Part shown: one piece after another, positions 62,137 to 64,000 of the stretch
How the letters are laid out: the number at the start of each line of letters is the position of its first letter
Position numbering within the stretch: the first letter of the stretch is position 1
Assembly: GCF_003918875.1 (NCBI RefSeq)
Contig: NW_025767657.1
Location: forward strand, 1,488,001-1,552,000
DNA length: 64,000 nt
Direction of reading: 5' to 3'
Origin: Haliotis rubra
Taxonomy: Eukaryota
The notes under the pieces: model-generated
Database searches by the model: none
Told to the model about the DNA's origin: nothing
Seen by the model: the letters and a program-made list of their open reading frames with translations, nothing else
Position numbers and translations under genes: made by a program

Positions 62137-62316
62137 CTCCTTTTTGAGGAACTGTTCTGCAGCTGCTGCAGGTCCAAAGCCTGTGAGAGGTCGACCCATG
62201 ATATTGTGTGTCAGGTTCCATCTGCAGTTTGTGAACACTGAGAAGGCCACGGACTTGAGGGCCTGAAACTGGGTGTTGCTTTCTTTGTAACCAAGGATAG
62301 TCTTCAGAGGCACAAC
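62137..62316 (-). CDS. MED13: MED13 exon
   Basis: VVPLKTIL...LKSVAFSVFTNCR...LTGFGPAA; AG/GT, phase 0-0. Confidence 0.93.
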
Positions 62317-62905
62317 CTGAAAACACGGAATTCATACAACTATCATATTGGCAATACAGCATGGAGACACATACATGGCATTCAGCACAGGAGGCACAAA
62401 ACTGTCTTTAGCTATTCTGTTCTCAAAGATTAACAAGACACAGAAGGCAAACACTACGAGGGTGTGAGTGAGTTTAGTTTTACGCCACACTCAACAATAT
62501 TCAAGCTATATGGCAGTGCTCTGTAAATAATCGAGTCTGGACCAGACAATTAGTGATCAACATCATGAACATCGATCTACGCAATTGCAAACACTACAAA
62601 GGTGATGACTAAAGAAAAGAATTCATTTCTGGGTAGTCAATGCTTTGCAAAATTAGTCTTGATTCTGAAAGCAATATAGACCTGAGGCGGTTTGGTGAAA
62701 CTCATAAGATCTTCGAAGGTTTAGCCAGGACAAGGATCATAATCAGAGTAAATTAGAGACTCAAACACAGGGTCACCAGATCCAGTCATGATAAAGGGAT
62801 GAAACTCCGTTTTGCAAACCACAAGACAAACGTTAATGTGACTCAAAATCTTCATATCTCTGATGGGATATATGCATTCACAAGTCCACATGGCAGCCAC
62901 CTTAC

Positions 62906-63132
62906 CTGTAAGCACATGTTGTTCTGAAGGTTCTCTGGGAGAGACTGGACCATCTGGTGATAGCAGCGAAGCAGCCCCACCATAGCCAGGCGACTGTCAT
63001 CATCCCACGCGTTGCCGTATGTGAATGGGTCAATGAGATAAACCACTACAGCCGGACAATGGTTGTTGTCGTCAGTGTCCAGGTCATGTTGACCTCCGTC
63101 CTTCTGGGAACTTCCTTCACTAAACCCACTCT
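62906..63132 (-). CDS. MED13: MED13 exon
   Basis: PAVVVYLIDPFTY...GLLRCYHQMVQSLPENLQNNMCLQ; phase 1 to 0. Confidence 0.93.
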
Positions 63133-63231
63133 CTGGAAAAAACAATACTGACTGTTATTCACAATCTTCAAAATGAAGACCTAATTTCAGTCATCTTATC
63201 AGTCTTACAATTAAAAAATGTTGCTTACAAA

Positions 63232-63488
63232 CAGTGTGCAAAATAGTCACTGCCCCGCTAGCCCATGACTGGTAAAAATCCAGTCGGGCCAGTAAATGTC
63301 CAATCACTGGCCCGACTGGGTAAAGAATTTTCATGGGGTCATTTTGTAAATATATCACTCTCTCAGACTTCCTAAGTTATAATGCACCTTTAAATCATGC
63401 AAGATTATGAATTATTTCGTGGGCTAGTAACTCCCAGGCATAGCTTGCCCGACTGGCTAGAAAAATTTAGAAACTATATCACACACTG
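63232..63488. mobile_element. Small hAT-like MITE
   Basis: Imperfect TIR CAGTGTGCAAAATAGT / ACTATATCACACACTG; partial 8-bp TSD; internal CCCGACTGG repeats. Confidence 0.55.
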
Positions 63489-63615
63489 CAAACAAAGGCT
63501 TGACTTCCTAATCTACTGAAATTAAACTTAACAAAGGAAAGTTGTTTTAAAAGCAACTAAATCAGCAGTGACTGTTGTATGATGTAGTCCAACTGCTGCT
63601 GTATCTAGAACCCAC

Positions 63616-63835
63616 CTTTGTTATCTTCCTGGCCTGGGGTGATCCCTGTAGAGTTCTGACTGTCCCGGTGTAGGTGGCTTAGCAGGCTCTGGAGCCTTGA
63701 AGGGAGTTTTGTGGGATGAACTAGATGGCGTGTCAAACAAGGACTTGTCCAGGCTCTGTCTTGCCAGGAACGGACCCAGTCGATGACGACACACCTGTGC
63801 ATATAGCTTCAACTTGGCAGCCAGTGAGGATTCCC
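63616..63835 (-). CDS. MED13: MED13 exon (contains an apparent 1-nt frameshift); gene continues beyond the window
   Basis: KLKLYAQVCRHRLGPFL; acceptor CTGCAG, donor AAAG|GTGGG; 220 nt between phase-1 junctions. Confidence 0.85.
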
Positions 63836-64000
63836 CTGCAGGATGACGAAGTAACACATGTCAATACAGATGCAGAAATGTCAACCCAAACTTCGGAAAT
63901 CAGGATTTCTCTTTTTGTTTCTGTTTTCGTTAAACACCACACTTGACATTATTCAAGCATTGAACAAAGGCTTGTAAATACTCGAGTCAGGGCAAGACCA

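Overview
Eukaryotic (invertebrate) genomic DNA. The repeat types and gene content suggest a gastropod mollusc such as abalone; this is inference. Two host loci are present. (1) A cluster of five paralogous nicotinic-receptor-like (Cys-loop) genes with uninterrupted coding sequences at 9.7-43.6 kb: four intact and one TE-shattered pseudogene. They keep a cation-channel M2 but have lost most acetylcholine-binding aromatic residues and the loop C Cys-Cys. They share flanking DNA, and the upstream homology block carries an RFX X-box-type motif that is perfect in two intact copies. Together this suggests a candidate chemosensory ion-channel family analogous to cephalopod chemotactile receptors. (2) Ten 3' coding exons of MED13 on the minus strand (53.2-63.8 kb), one with an apparent 1-nt frameshift. 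The rest is transposon-rich: Merlin, Academ-like, Tc1/mariner, hAT and MULE-like MITEs, Penelope-like, I/Nimb, L1/Tx1-like relics, several SINE families sharing one LINE-type 3' tail, minisatellites and a 4.6-kb satellite with higher-order structure. One short retroposon family has a precisely defined, structured non-tRNA 5' head that is a candidate self-cleaving or otherwise functional RNA.
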